64,000 nt of DNA from Nitrospinaceae bacterium (GTDB lineage Bacteria > Nitrospinota > Nitrospinia > Nitrospinales > Nitrospinaceae), in NCBI GenBank assembly GCA_965237905.1, contig OZ250172.1, positions 2,336,001 to 2,400,000 of the forward strand, in the 5' to 3' direction. The notes beneath the pieces are model-generated. The model saw nothing but the letters and a program-made list of their open reading frames with translations, was not told the DNA's origin and searched no databases. Shown one piece after another: positions 27,989 through 42,900 of this stretch (position 1 is its first letter; every line of letters begins with the position of its first letter). Made by a program: the position numbers and the translations under genes.

Positions 27989-30900
27989 GTGGCCTATCCG
28001 TTCGCGCAATTTGACACCCGCACACCACCTGCCGCTGAAGGCTACGTTCCTTCTTTTTTAAGCAAACTTCCTTTTATCCGCCGTTCCTCCAAGGGGACCA
28101 CCGGCGGTTATCGCAAGCCTCCCGCCAACCAACATGTATTGGAAACTCTGGAACCGCGCGTTCTGTTGGCGGCGGATTTATCGTTCGGCGCCGCGACCGA
28201 TCTCACCCTGCAATATGATTCCCTTGCCAGCGAATACCAACTGATCGACGACCTCAGCAATGTGGTCAGTCAGATCACGGCCGGTACCGTCGATGGCGGC
28301 GATGGTGTGATTGATATCGACGGCAGTGCCGGAGACGACACGCTGGGCCTGGATTGGGCGACACTGCTGGGTGGCAAAAACATCAACTTTACGGGATTGG
28401 GCACGGATACGCTGTCGGTGTTATCGGACAGCGATATGAACCTGACGAGTACCCAGCTGACGGTGAACGGTCTGGGTTATACGGTATCGGGATTCGATGC
28501 GGCGCGTCTGACCGGTGGTGCAGGGGATAACATCCTGGATGCGTCAGGGTTCAGCGGTAATGTGAGGCTTGAGGGAGCCGGGGGCCATGACACACTGATC
28601 GGTGGTTCGGGAGATGATGTCCTCATCGGTGGCGGAGGCCACGATGTGTTGTTCGGCGGCAGTGGCACGGATTCTCTGGCAGGTGGTTTGGGCAGTGACA
28701 CGGTACGGGGTGCGGATAAGGCCAACGCCTGGCGGATCTCAGCCGGCAATCAGGGGAATGTCGATGGCGTCGCGTTCAGTGAAGTGGAGAACCTGATCGG
28801 GGGGAACTCGGCGGACATCTTCAGTTTTGACGATGGCGCGGGGATTACCGGTACGGTCACCGGCGGCGGCGGGGCCGATGAACTGGATTACGCTACGCGC
28901 ACGACCGGCGTGAACGTCAACCTGGGAACGGCTACAGCTTCGGATACCGGCGGCTTTGCGGATATTGAAAGTATTACCGGTGGACTGGGTACGGATACCC
29001 TGACGGGTGCGGATGACGCGAACATATGGAATCTCACCGGAACCCATACCGGTGTGGTCGGTGGCGTTTCTTTCAGTGGTTTGGAAAATCTGGAAGGCGG
29101 TGCGCTTGATGACACCTTCGCGTTAGCCGATGGTGCGTCGATTGGTACGGTAACCGGCGGCGGTGGCACAGACACATTAGACTACAGCACAAGAACGACG
29201 GGTGTGAACGTCAACCTGGGAACGGCTGCGGCCTCGGATACGGCTGGATTTAGTGGCATTGAGAGTGTTACCGGTGGTCTGGGTACGGATACCCTGACAG
29301 GTGCGGACAGCACGAACACGTGGATCATTGACGGATCAGGTGCCGGTAATGTGAGCGGTACGACGTTCACCGGAATGGAACACCTTGAAGGCGGTGCCCT
29401 CGATGACACCTTCCAGCTGACTCTGACCGGTGGATTGACCGGATCGATCTCGGGCGGTGCGGGCAATGACACGCTGATCGCCTCCGACAGCGACAATGTG
29501 TGGGAGATTACCGGAGCCGATCAGGGAACGCTGAACACGCTGGTGTTTGTGGATATCGAAAACCTCACCGGCGGTGCCGGAGATGACCTGTTCCGCTTCC
29601 TGAATGGCGGCAGTATCAGCGGCACCATCGACGGCGCGGGCGGCATCAATACCCTGGATTACTCGTCGCAGGTGGCGGGGGTTGCGGTCAACCTGGAAAC
29701 CGGCTCAGCCACGGGACTGAGCAACTTCACCGGTATCAACAAGGTGACGGGCAGCTCGGGTGCGGACACCCTGCGCGGTTTGGATGCCTCGAATGTATGG
29801 ACACTCTCCGGTCTCGATACGGGTTCGGTGGGCAGCACGGATTTTAGCGACATTGAGAATCTGGAAGGCGGTTCGGTTGCCGACACGTTTGTGGTGCAAG
29901 TAGGCGGCGGTTTGACCGGAACATTGTCAGGCGGTCTTGGGTTCGATGAGCTGTTTGGCGCGGACGGACTCAATACGTGGACGGTGGACGCGGGTGACAG
30001 CGGTACATTGAACGCTCTGCCGTTTTACGATATCGAAAGTCTGGTGGGGGGAACGAACGAAGACGAGTTTCTGTTCGCGGTCGCGGGCTTCATCTCGGGA
30101 CATTTTACCGGCGGTCCGGGACTGGACCGGGTACGGGGAGCCAACCAACAGAATACCTGGCGCATCAAGGGCAGTAACAGCGGCAAACTGAACGACCGCG
30201 ACTTCAGCGGGATTGAGAACATCGAGGGCGGCAGTGATGCCGACGACTTCATCCTCGAAGCGCTGGGTTCCATCAGTGGCACGCTCACCGGCGGCGCAGG
30301 ATCAGACACCCTCGACTACAGTGAAACCTCTGCCGGTGTCACCATCGATCTTTCCAATGGTACCGCAACCGGCACCGGTGGCATCAGCAGCATTGAGAAT
30401 GTGATCAGTTCCGCCGGGAACGACACGATCATCGGTGCGTTAAGCGCGGTTCTGCTCGACACGGGTGCCGGCACGGATACGCTCGACTTCTCGAACGTTC
30501 TCTCCAATTTAAATATCACGGTGCATGCCGCCGGGACGCTGAGCGTGACCGATGGCGTTGATTCGGTTAATAACATTGCCGGAGCCGAGAACATCATCGG
30601 CGGTACCGCTACCAATACCTATACCTTCGAAGATGGCGCATCGATCGCCGGTAACATCACCGGCGGCAGTAATGTTCTGAGCTACGCGGCGTACACGACG
30701 AATGTCTCCATCAATCTAAATACCAATACCGCGACGGGCACGGGTGGCGCTTCCAGCGTGGTGAACGTGATCGGTGGTGCAGGCTCCGACACGTTAACCG
30801 GTGCCGACAGTGCGAACACCTGGAACGTCACGGGAACAAACACTGGCAGTGTGGGCGGCACCAGTTTCAGTGGTGTCGAAAATCTCGCAGGCGGCACGGG

Positions 30901-33900
30901 CGCCGACAGCTTTACGTTCGCCGCCCTGAGTTCGGTGGACTCCGTAGCGGGTGGCGGTGGCAGTGACACCCTCGATCTGTCCTCCGACACGGCCGGTGTG
31001 ACGGTGGATCTGAATCTCGGCACGGCGAGTTATGCGGGTACGATCTCGGGTATCGAGGATGTTGTCACCGGTGCCGGGAACGATACGATCATCGGCGCGT
31101 TAAGCGCGGTGTTGCTCGACACGGGTGCCGGCACGGATACGCTCGACTTCTCGAATGTTGCTTCCAATTTAAATATCACGGTGCATGTTGATGGTACGAC
31201 CAGCGTGACCGATGGTGTGGATACCGTCAACAACATCGCCGGTGCCGAGAACATCATCGGCGGTACAGGCACGAACACGTATACCTTCGAAGATGGCGCA
31301 TCGATCGCCGGTAACATCACCGGCGGCAGTAACGTGCTGGATCATTCCGCGAATACCACCGGCATCAGCGTCAATCTCAATACGAATACAACAACCGGCG
31401 TAACGGGTACGGTGTCCAATATCGTCAACGTGATCGGCGGCAGTGGCAATGACACGTTGACGGGTGCCGATGCGGCGAATGCCTGGAGCATCACGGGTGT
31501 CAATACGGGTACGGTGGGCAGCACCAGTTTCTCTGGTATCGAGAATCTCGCCGGCGGCACGGGCGCCGACAGTTTCACGTTCGCCGCCCTGAGTTCGGTG
31601 GATTCCGTAGCGGGCAATGCCGGATCGGATACCCTCGATTTGTCTTCCGACACATCGGGTGTGACGGTGGATCTGAGTCTCGGCACGGCGAGTTATGCGG
31701 GTACGATCTCGGGTATCGAGGATGTTGTCACCGGTGCCGGGAACGATACGATTATCGGTGCGTTGAGCGCGGTGTTGCTCGACACGGGTGCCGGCACGGA
31801 TACGCTCGACTTCTCGAACGTTGCTTCCAATTTAAATATTACGGTGCATGCCGCCGGGACGCTGAGCGTGACCGATGGCGTCAATACGGTTAATAATATC
31901 GCCGGTGCTGAAAACATCATCGGTGGTACGGGTACCAATACCTATACCTTTGAGGATGGCGCGTCCATCACCGGTACCATTACCGGCGGCAGTAACATTC
32001 TGAACTACTCAGCCTACACGACGAATGTCTCCATCAATCTCAATGCCAATACGGCAACGGGAGTGACCGGAACGGCAGCCAATATCGTCAACGTGATCGG
32101 CGGCACGGGTAACGACACGTTGACGGGTGCCGACAGTGCGAACACCTGGAACGTTACGGGACTGAACTCCGGTAGCGTGGGCGGCACAAGTTTCAGTGGT
32201 ATCGAGAATCTCGCCGGTGGTATCGATGCCGACAGTTTCACGTTCGCCGCCCTGAGTTCGGTGGACTCCGTAGCGGGTGGCGGTGGCAGTGACACCCTCG
32301 ATCTGTCCTCCGATACAGCAGGTGTGACAGTTGATCTGAGTCTCGGCACGGCGAGTTATGCGGGTACGATCTCTGATATCGAAAATGTGGTGACCGGTGC
32401 GGGTAACGATACCATCATCGGTGCGTTGAGCGCGGTGTTGTTGGATACGGGTGCCGGCACGGATACGCTCGACTTCTCGAATGTTGCTTCCAGTTTAAAT
32501 ATCACAGTGCATGCGGATGGTACGACCAGCGTAACCGACGGCGTGGATACCGTCAACGGTATCAGTGGTGCCGAGAACATCATCGGCGGTACCGGTACCA
32601 ATACCTATACCTTCGAGAATGGGGCATCGCTTGCCGGTAACATCACCGGTGGCAGTAATGTTCTGAGCTACGCGGCGTACACGACGAGTGTTTCAGTTGA
32701 TCTGGGTAACAACACGGCGACAGGCACAACGGGTGCATCGAGCGTCGTCAACGTGATCGGCGGCACAGGTTCAGATACGCTGAGGGGTCCTGCGCCCAAT
32801 TCCACGTGGACCATAGACGGTCCCAATTCGGGAGAGGTGGCAGGAGTTACCTTCAGCGGTATTGAGAATCTGACCGGCGCGGCCGACAACGAGGATACCT
32901 TTATATTTTACAGCACCGGCAGTCTGAGCGGTTTGGCGGATGGTGCGGCCGGTGGTTTCGACAGTCTGATTCTGGCCGATGGGGTGTACGAAACAGTTGT
33001 CTATACAGCGACTGGGATCGACTCGGGCACCATCAGCCGCGACGGCGATATGATCACCTTTGTGGGTTTGGAGCCCACGACAGACAACACGGCTGGTAAC
33101 AAGATCGTAGACATTACCACGGCTCCCTTCGATCCGACGAACGGCGCCGATATAATCACCATCTCGGGCGGTACGGGCACACTGACCGTCGCGGGTGATA
33201 CCTTTGAAGACATTACTTTTGGTGGGCTCAATCCGGGCGACACAGTCACCGTTGATGCCGAAGGTGGGAACGATAGCATTACCATCCAGTCGTTGGGCGA
33301 CTTCGATGGCAATTTGCGCGTTCGAGGCGGTTCCGGCAACGATCAGATTACTATTGAAAATCTTGGAAGTTACAGCCGTACCCTTACTATCCAAGGGAAC
33401 ACTGGGGACGATACCATTACCCTCGATGCCATCACTGCTTCCGCCACCTATGATCTGCGCGGCGGTTTAGAAATCACCGGTGACACGGTGGAAGCTATGG
33501 TATCAGGTGATACTGATTTTACCTTATCGGACACTCAGCTGAAGGTGGGTACCAAGAATATTTCCTTGTTCTTTATTGAGAAAGCCAATCTGACTGGCGG
33601 GGGTGGCAATACCGAATTTGACATTCTGAACACATGGACGGGCGATGCCACACTTACAGGTGGCGGTGGCGACGACAATCTGGATCTGACAGGTCTTGCG
33701 AATCCGTTGGATCTCACCATGTCCGGCAACACCATCACCAATAATAACCCTACTCCTAGTATCACGATTGACCAGCCGGGCGGCATTACCGAAGAAATCG
33801 ACTTTGATCTTTTTAATGACCCCGGTGATTTGGCTCCGGGTACTGTGAGTGCCGGCGAACTGCGTGACGCTTTCACCAAGGGGCTGGACGATCTGGTGGA

Positions 33901-36900
33901 TTTCGCCGATAAGCTGGTGGATACCGCCAGCGGCATCCAGGAGTTGCTGAACACTCTGCCTTTCCTGGGAACGCAGGTGGCTGAAGTTACCGAAAACATC
34001 GGACTCAACGATATCTTTAACTTGGGCGACACAGGCGGATTTTTCGATGATCTGAGGGACATCATCAACGGAACCGATGTTTTGGGTTCACTGCCAGCTT
34101 CTCCAAAACTTTCCGATGTGATCAATGCCATCAACTCCGCGGGCACGCCGGGTATCATCGATAACATTAGCGCGTCTTTCCACGACACTGCGTACCGTCC
34201 CAAGGGCAATATGGACGGACAAGCGCTTGAGGTGCTGATCGATCTTAGGATAATGGGAAGCGTGATGGACACCTTTGACTTGGATCTGGGTGAAATCGCC
34301 AACTTCCAGGGTCTTGACCTGGGTACGATTACCGTCGATGCCACGGTGATGGTGGATGCAGACATCACCATTGGTTTGACCACCGGGCCCAGCCCGGAGT
34401 TATTCCTCCTGCCTAACGGCACCCTGACCTTTACGCTGGATGTCGATGCAGACTTGACCGGATTGGATATCAATCTCGGGATTCTCGAGATGGTAGGAGC
34501 CGGCATGCTCGATTATCAGGGTGTGCTGGAGTTGACTCTGAAGGATCCGGGCAACACCGCCTTGGACGACCGGATTGATATCAATGAAATCACCAGCGCG
34601 AATGCCGGTCAGCTGGTTGACGTTAACCCCACCACAGATACTTATAACGCCAGCGCCGCGGTCAACCTCAATGCGGGTATTTCGACCGCCGCCGGTGCGA
34701 TCACCGCGTTTGCCGATTCCCCAGCGGACCTGGGAAATAAAACCAGGGTGACCTCCAACGCGCATGGGTTGTCCAATGGCGATCAGATTTTGATCGAAGG
34801 CACCACCAGTTACAACGATACGTATACGGTTCCCAGTGTTACGGCGGATACGTTTGACATTACCGAGGCGTTTGTTGCCGATGACGCCACCGGTACCTGG
34901 TCGAAAGATCTTTCGTTAGCGAGCGCCACGCTGAATGTCAGCGGTTCTATTTTTGGAAATCTTTCCAGCCCGGCCGCGGCCCCCACGGTGGATTTGGACT
35001 TGGGCGCCATCAATTTATTTGAAGGTTTCAACAACATGAGCCCGCTGGAATTGCTCGGCCTGTTGAGTGATGCGGCCAATACCTTTGCCACCATTACCGG
35101 CACCGATCTCCTGGACCAGGAGATTCCGTTTACCGGCAGGACCATTGGCGATGTGCTGAACTTTGCCGAGACCTTTAGAACGGAAGTGCTGAATCCGCTG
35201 TTCAAGAGCGGCGATGCCGCCAATCCCGATTTCAACGGCGATAACGCGATCGATGCCGACGATCTGAACTTCACCGGTATACAGGGTCTGGTGGATACCC
35301 TGGGAGACAAACTGGGTCTGCCCCCGATCAGCGCCATTTTTGACGACACCACCAAGGAACTGAAATTCACGATAGATTTCGCCCGCGCCTTCGGCATCGG
35401 GAATGGACAGGTCACCACCATTGCGGATGGTGACGGGATTACCGGCGAGCACCAGCAATTGGAAATTGACCGCAACACAGTGGCCAATTTCCGCCTGGCC
35501 TTCATCAGCAGTTCCGGTGATCTCATTCTCACCGACCCGATTGATACCAGTCTCGCGGACACGGATGCCGCCGTAGCTTCGAAGATCCAATCCAAGCTGA
35601 TAGCATTGACCGAGATCACTGGCGTCACGGTAACGCCTGAGGCCAGTGGGGTGACCACGGCGGCGTTTGCCGATTCTGGTGTGAGTCCTGGGCAGAAAAC
35701 CAGAGTGACTGACACCGCCCATGGGTTGGCCAACGGGGATGTGGTTTTTATCGGCGGCACCGACAACTATGACGGCCAATATGAAATTTCGAATGTCACC
35801 CCGGACACTTTCGACATTACCAAGGCCTTCTCCGAAGACGATCCCAGCGGTCACTGGGGTAAAGGGATTTATAACATTGTCTTCGACGATCCGCTGAGTG
35901 ATTTTCCGCACATGTCGTTTGTGGAAGGCTTGTCCATCAATTTCGGGGAAAGCCTGGGCGACTTTGCGAGTATCGAAACTTCCGGGTCGTTCCATCTGGC
36001 GGCGGGTCTGGATACCGGATTGACCTTTGGCGTGGACCTGAGTCCCAACACCCAGATCGCCGTGGTGCCGCCGGCGTTTACTCCGGACAAAGTGGGCCGG
36101 GTGGATGTGACGACCCTCTTAGATGGCGGCCAATTTTTAGATCCGGAAACTACTGATGAAGAAGTGAGTGTGGTTGTCAATGCGATTGAGGGGACCTTTA
36201 AGCTGGCGTTCCGCAACACCCCGGGATCAGGCGACTTCCTGTTGTCCGATGCCATTGATTTCGATTCTGACGCGGCAGATTTCGAGACAGCTCTGATTAA
36301 CGGTTGGGGAGTTGCGGACAGCGCTATCGATGTTACAAAAGACGGATCGAACCCCGTTTACACGATCTCCTTTAAGGGCACTTTGGCCGATCTGGATGTT
36401 GAGGTTGTTTCAGATGACGGAATTCTAAGCACCGATGCCACCTTCGATTTAAAGGTCTTCAATCTGGGTGCGCCGATTCTGGATAGTGCGGGCAAACTGC
36501 AGTTTTTGCCCAATGGTGAAGTGATGCGTGAGCCCAATGCACTGTTTGCAATGACCACGCCCATCACCGTGCTGAAAGCGAAAACTCTGGACAATGCTTC
36601 GTTGCAGGATCTGGCTGAGGACGTGCAGGCGGCGGTCGATGATGCCGTTAATGCCACGGGCCAGACTTTGGGTATCAATCCGTTGTCCTGGACGGCTGTC
36701 AACAATACTGAAACGGCTGCGCACAATACGATTCTGGAGCCCGAAAACGATTTCCGAATCCTTATCGAACTTAAGGATACAGGGGATTCGGATAATGATT
36801 TTGATGTTCAAGGCATCCTGAGGCAAACTTCGGTTATCTCATCAGACCCATTGGAGCTCCTGTTTGAACAGATGACGCCCTCGATCGGCAATGTGGTGGG

Positions 36901-39900
36901 TGAATTGCAGGAGGTGATCACTGCGGCCCTGGACGGAACCGGAATCGGTATCACGGTCGGTCAGAACGGCGCGGGTGATAAATTGACCTTTACTCCTAGC
37001 GGTGTTGGAGCGGGACAAACGCTGACCCTCAGCACGCGGTCTCTGGTGTTGGCTTCGGCAGGCGGCGGACGTATTTCGTTGTCGGCGGAATCGGTCGGTG
37101 CGATCACGGATAGCGAAGGTGACATCACCGCCTTTGCGGATTCCGGAACCGACCCCGGGGTTAAAACCACGGTGACCTCCCCGGGTCATGGGTTGAACGA
37201 CGGGGAAACGGTTTTTATCACCGGCGTCCTGGCGGGTTCCGTGGCGGCCTTTGCTGATTCCATAGCAGACCCGGGAAATAAAACCACAGTGACCACGGGA
37301 GCCGCTCACAACTTGGCTGCCGACGATGTGGTCCGGCTTGCGGGTACGGGTACGGACAAATTTGACGGCGATTTTCTCGTTACCGTTATTGACGCCACTA
37401 ATTTTGACATTGAAAAGGCGTTTGTATCCGGCGCCACACTCGGAACCTGGTCGATCGTCAACAAGGAATTCACCATTTCCAATGTCACCGCCAACACGTA
37501 TGACATTGCACTCGCTTTCGTGGCCGGTGCGTCGACCGGAACGTGGGTGACGGATCCGAACTTCCCGCTGGTGTCGTCGACCCTGGTGGACCGGTTCGTT
37601 CAGATCAATATTCCCGGGGCGACCGGTAATACCGCTTACACCGAATTGGGCCTCGCCAGCTCGCCGACTCGCTTTGACGGCATCATTACCAACGACATCG
37701 AGATCACTCTCCAGATCAATGAGGTGGCTGTGGATGTCACCGTTCTGGCGGGTAATACGGACGGGGCAATCGGCACGGCCAATACCACGATTCAAGACCT
37801 GGTGGATGACATCCAATTGGCTGTGACAACAGCTCTTAATGCCAACTCAGTCGCTTTGACCGCCGCGGGTATTACTGGGATTGTGGGTGACACGATTGAA
37901 GTCAAGCTGGCCGATCCCAACGGCAACCGCATTCAGTTTTTGGCGGCAGATGGCAAGGGAGTCAGCAAGCTTGCTTATAAAATTGATCCATCCAACCCGA
38001 GCAATGGCGCTTTAACAGAGCTTGGTTTTGATCTGGACCAACTCGATACAATAACCGGTCAGAGTGAAGTCAAGAAAGCCAAGGCGGATACGTTCTTCCT
38101 GGAAGACGTTTCGTTCAGCGGCGAGTTCGGTGTGTTCGCCAACAACATTTCAGCCACCGCCAGTGTCGGCTTCCTGGGTGTGACCGCTACGCTCGATCCG
38201 ACCCTCAATGCAACCGATGAATTCATTGGTGCGGATGTGGATTTTGCTCTGCGCAATCCGCTGGACGGGACTTCCCGCATCGGGGTGAAGCTGATCGCCA
38301 ACGCAATCGAGGATGGCAAGCTCTTTTTTGACGCCGCGGAAGGCTTCGGCGGTACTAATGCAGACCCGCAGACTGGATTTGTCGACGGCACGATCGATGG
38401 CGGCATCGGATTGAGCCTCGATATCAAACCGGATGGTTTGTTGAGCGGCCTGCCGGCCAGCATTTCCGCGTCGCTGGATCTCATAGCGGAAAGTCCGAAC
38501 TGGCTCATCTCACCTCCTCTGTTAAGTGATCCGCTGGGTTTCGAGGAAGTACTCAATACTGGAATGGCCCAGGCGGGAATCGCCAATGCCATTACACTGG
38601 CGGCTTCGTCGACGACCCAGGACGACTTCTTCAACGGCTCGAAAATACGCATTACCGGCGGTACCGGCAAGGTTGGCGAAACTCGAAGGATCACGGACTA
38701 TGACGGCACCTCCAAGGTAGCCACGGTCGACGCCAACTGGACCACCAACCCGGATGGTACTACCACCTATGAAATTTTGCTCAGTCCGATCCGGTTCACC
38801 GGTACCAATACGGAAACACTGGCCACGGCCTTGTCGAGTGGTGTCTTGACGGAGAACGTCAGTATCGTTGTTTCCAATAATAATGACGGAGTGAATGCCG
38901 ATCCGGACGAGGCGGTGGGTCTGCTGAAGGCCGGAGATTACGGAAACGCGGCGGGATTACAGGCGGTTTTGCAGGGTGTGGTGGATGATGCTCGTGCCCG
39001 GCTGGCCGACAAGGTAGGCGGCCCGGTTGGAGCCATCACGGTAGGTCTTACCGGCTCCAATCTGACGGTCACCGGCGACAGCGGCATGAGCCTGCGCGCC
39101 AACCGGATTGTATTGGACTTCATGGGACCGGATTTCGATGACATCCTTTCCCAGTTCCGTGATTTCAGTTTTGATGACATCATCGCCGCTCTACAATTCA
39201 TAGTCGACTTCCTGGACGGGATCCAAGAGGCCGGTTTGGCCGAAGACGTGTTCGATTTCCAGATTCCGTTGATCAACCAGAGCGTGGGCGATCTTATTGA
39301 TCTCGGCGGCGAGTTCCTCGACTTTGTCGAAGAAATATCGAGCAATCCCTCCGGTTCCCTGCAGATACTTGAGAATGTATTGCGTGACACATTGAACCTG
39401 CCACAGTTGGCCGATCCGCTGGGAATGGGGCTGGCACTGGGGACCAGTGTTTCGCAAAGCCTGGATACGTTGTTCACGTTTGGTACGGAAACTGCCGCGC
39501 AATTGGCCCAGGATATGTCCTTCCGTCTATCCAACGGGGTTGATGAAGTGCTGGTCGAGTTGCGCGCCGCAGAAACCCAGCTCAACGCCGATCTGGCCGC
39601 TCTGGTCAGTCAAATTCAGGGTAAGGTGGATGCCGCCTTGGCCGAACTGGGAGTGGGCGGGTCGCTGACGGTGACCGAGTCCAGTGGGATGATTTCTCTT
39701 GATCCCAGCGGGCTCACTGGTGTGAACCTGAGTCCGTTCAGCCTGTTCTCACTGGATCTTCCGAACGGTCTGCTGAATCTCGATTACAATTTCTCCGCCT
39801 CGGCGGAAGAGAACCGTTCGTTCAATCTGGATCTGGCCGATGCCGGCCTGCCTTCGGAATTCACCAATCTGCTCGGGGTGAGCTCTTCGGGTCTCCTCGC

Positions 39901-42900
39901 GGTGGCGGCGGATTTGGAATTCAACCTCGGCCTGGGCCTTGATCTGCTGGGCAATGATAAAGGATTCTTCATTCGCACCGATGCTACGAACTTAACGGCA
40001 TCCGCGTCGGCGTCTGGCAGTAATCTGAATTTCAGCGGCATGTTGGGGCCGCTGGGATTGTTCGTGAAAGGCGGTGACGCTAATTTAAGTGCCTCTCTCG
40101 CTGTGGATGTGGCGGATCCGGATGGGGATCAGCGTTTGGAAATCGTTGCTCTGGGCGCCAGCGGTGCCGCATCCGATTTGAGCCGTTTAGATGAATTTGT
40201 GGTGTTCGGCAATCTGGTCGATACAGGCAACATCATCCTAACGGCCACTGCGGATGCCTCCCTGCCGTTGTTCTTCGGTCTCGAAAGCAGTCCGGCGCCT
40301 TTAGGCACTCCTAATATTCTGAGTGTGGATATCGATCTGATCGAATTGATCCTCGATGTTGACAACAATATGGACGGGAAAATCGGCTTCGATTTTACTC
40401 TACCCAATGTAAACTTCAACGATCTGTCCGCTCTCATTCCGGATTTGTTCGGCATGCTGGCCGACCCGGCGATGATGGTCGACGGCCTCAACCTGATATT
40501 GAAGACCCTGCAGGATACGTTGAACGGTGAGGTCTTCGGATTTGAACTGCCGTTGATCGGCGATTTGCTGGAGAACAACCCGGTCTCCAACTTTATCGAG
40601 GATTTCCGGGTGGATGTCCTGCAACCCTTTGCCAATACCCTGCGCAACTCCAATGCCAATCTCGACAGTTTGATTGAATTGATACGGAACACGTTCCTGG
40701 ATGGCTTCGGGCCTGCAGGGCTGAATATTTTGAAGGACCAGGCTCTGAACGGTGTGGGACTAGAAGACATTACCGCGAATTTTTTCAAAACGGTTGATAT
40801 GGGGGGCACGCCTACCCGTGTCCTTGCAGATGGTATTACCGATGCTGAATTCCTGCAGTTTGATTTCGACATCGGCAAGATGTTTTCCTTCCAGACGGAA
40901 GAGATCATTCTGGACCTGGGCATCCCGGCGTTTGGATTGAGTGCGCGTCTGCGCCCGCGGGTGAATATCGACTTCAACCTGCACTTCGGGTTCGGTGTCG
41001 ATGAAGATTTGGGTTTTTACTTCGTGGCCGATCATAAAGATAGCATGGGGAATCCCGCTCCGGAGCTTACTGCCGATGTGACGGTGGACTTCGGCACCAC
41101 GTCCAATCCGCTGTCCGATACGTCATCGGAGATGGATGTGCAGGAGGCGTTGGAGAAACTGCCCGGCATCGGCGAGGGTAACGTCATGGTGACTGGAAGC
41201 GCCGGCGGACCGTACACGGTCAACCTGCTCAATGGTGTGCAACTCGACGATGCGTTCCTCGCAGTGAACCTTGGCGGCGCGTCCGTCAGCGTCACTCGGG
41301 TTTCATCCACGCAACAGACCATTACCGTCACCGGCACGGGTCAATTTGCGGTCGGCATTCCCGCCGAGCTCGAAGGCCAACTATTGTTCCTGGCGCTTCA
41401 GATTTCGGATGGTGTTGACCTCATGGGCGATGGATTCGACACCGTTACCGATGCCCTGACCAACGTATCGCAATTTGCCAGTGAGGATTTCAGTAAGTTG
41501 TCCCTGGCCGCTACTCTGGATATTGTGGAACTAAGCGGCGACGGCAAACTGTCCTTTCCGGAGCTGTTCAGTCAATCGTCGGGTGAAACGTTTGAGATCA
41601 ATGTGTTCGGCGCGGCCCTCCTGAGAGCGCACGCCCAGGTGGATTTCAGCACTATTAATGACGACGTGGCCCGGCTCCTGCCGTCCATCGGCACGGATAT
41701 CATTATTGACTTCACCATTGGTTACAATCCAACCGACGGAATCCAGGTGGGCGAACCGAATATCGGGTTGGCCAACATTTCCGTCGACCTCGGGGATATT
41801 ATCGACGGGATTGCCGGTGACGTTCTGAGGGGCGTCAAAGATATTCTGGCGCCCACGGAATGGTTGATCGGTCCCGATGGTTTGTTGAACTTCCGCATTC
41901 CTCTGATTTCCGACCTGGCGGGAACCAAGGTCACTATTCGAAATACCCTGCTTCCGGCATTCGCTCCGGAGCATGCTCCCGCAGTCAATAAATTCCTGGA
42001 TGTCGTGGAACAACTGTTCTTCCTGGTGGATCTGATCGACGATGCCGCCGGGGACGCTGATGGATTGATGCTCAACTTCGGCGATTTCATCGTTACAGGC
42101 GGCGATGCTTTCGCCAACCAATACATCGGAGTGTTCAATGGTGATAGAAGTCTTCTGAAGGATGAAAGCGACGGGGATATTACCAATGTCAGCCAACTCA
42201 AGAAATTTGATCCCAATAAAATAAAAATACCCTCCGCTGATGAGATTAACCTGAGTCCTACGGCTCCGGCGACTTCCAAGAGCTTTACCAGCGGAGTGAC
42301 CGGCGAGGGAAGCTTCCAACTGGAACTGTTCAAGCCGGAGACGATCTTCAAGTTGTTGCTGGGTCAGCCGGATGTCACCCTGTTTACGGTGGAACTGCCG
42401 GAATTCGGTTTCAACTTCTTCTATCGGCAGACCTTTCCAATCGTGGGCCCGCTGGCGGGAACCTTTGGAGGGGGTATTGGCGCTAAATTTGATTTCGGCG
42501 TGGGCTTGGATACGCGCGGTTTGTCGCAGTTTTTGGCCAGCGGCAACCCGGCGACTCTGCTCAACGGGTTCTTCATCAATGATCTGGATCCGGCTACCGG
42601 ATTCGACCGGAATGAAATCAGCTTCTTTGCTGAAATCGCCGTCGGCGCCGCTCTGGACCTGGGTCTCATTAAAGCCGGGGTGGAAGGTGGAATAGCCGCG
42701 ACCATCAACTTCAACTTTGCCGATCTGGACCAGGATGGCAAGATTCGCTTCGATGAACTGGCGGCCAATCTGGTGGCCAACTCCTTCAATCCCATTGCGG
42801 TATTTGATGTCTCGGGGATGATCGAGTTCTTCCTGCGAGCCTTTGTCACGCTCAACCTGGGTTTCTTCAAGATCACCAAGAACTTCGAGTTCCTCAGGTT

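Noticed and set aside
30290..32800. Repeats as a CRISPR array or mobile element
   Set aside because: They are in-frame coding units of about 660 bp, with no short repeat-spacer structure, cas genes or transposase.
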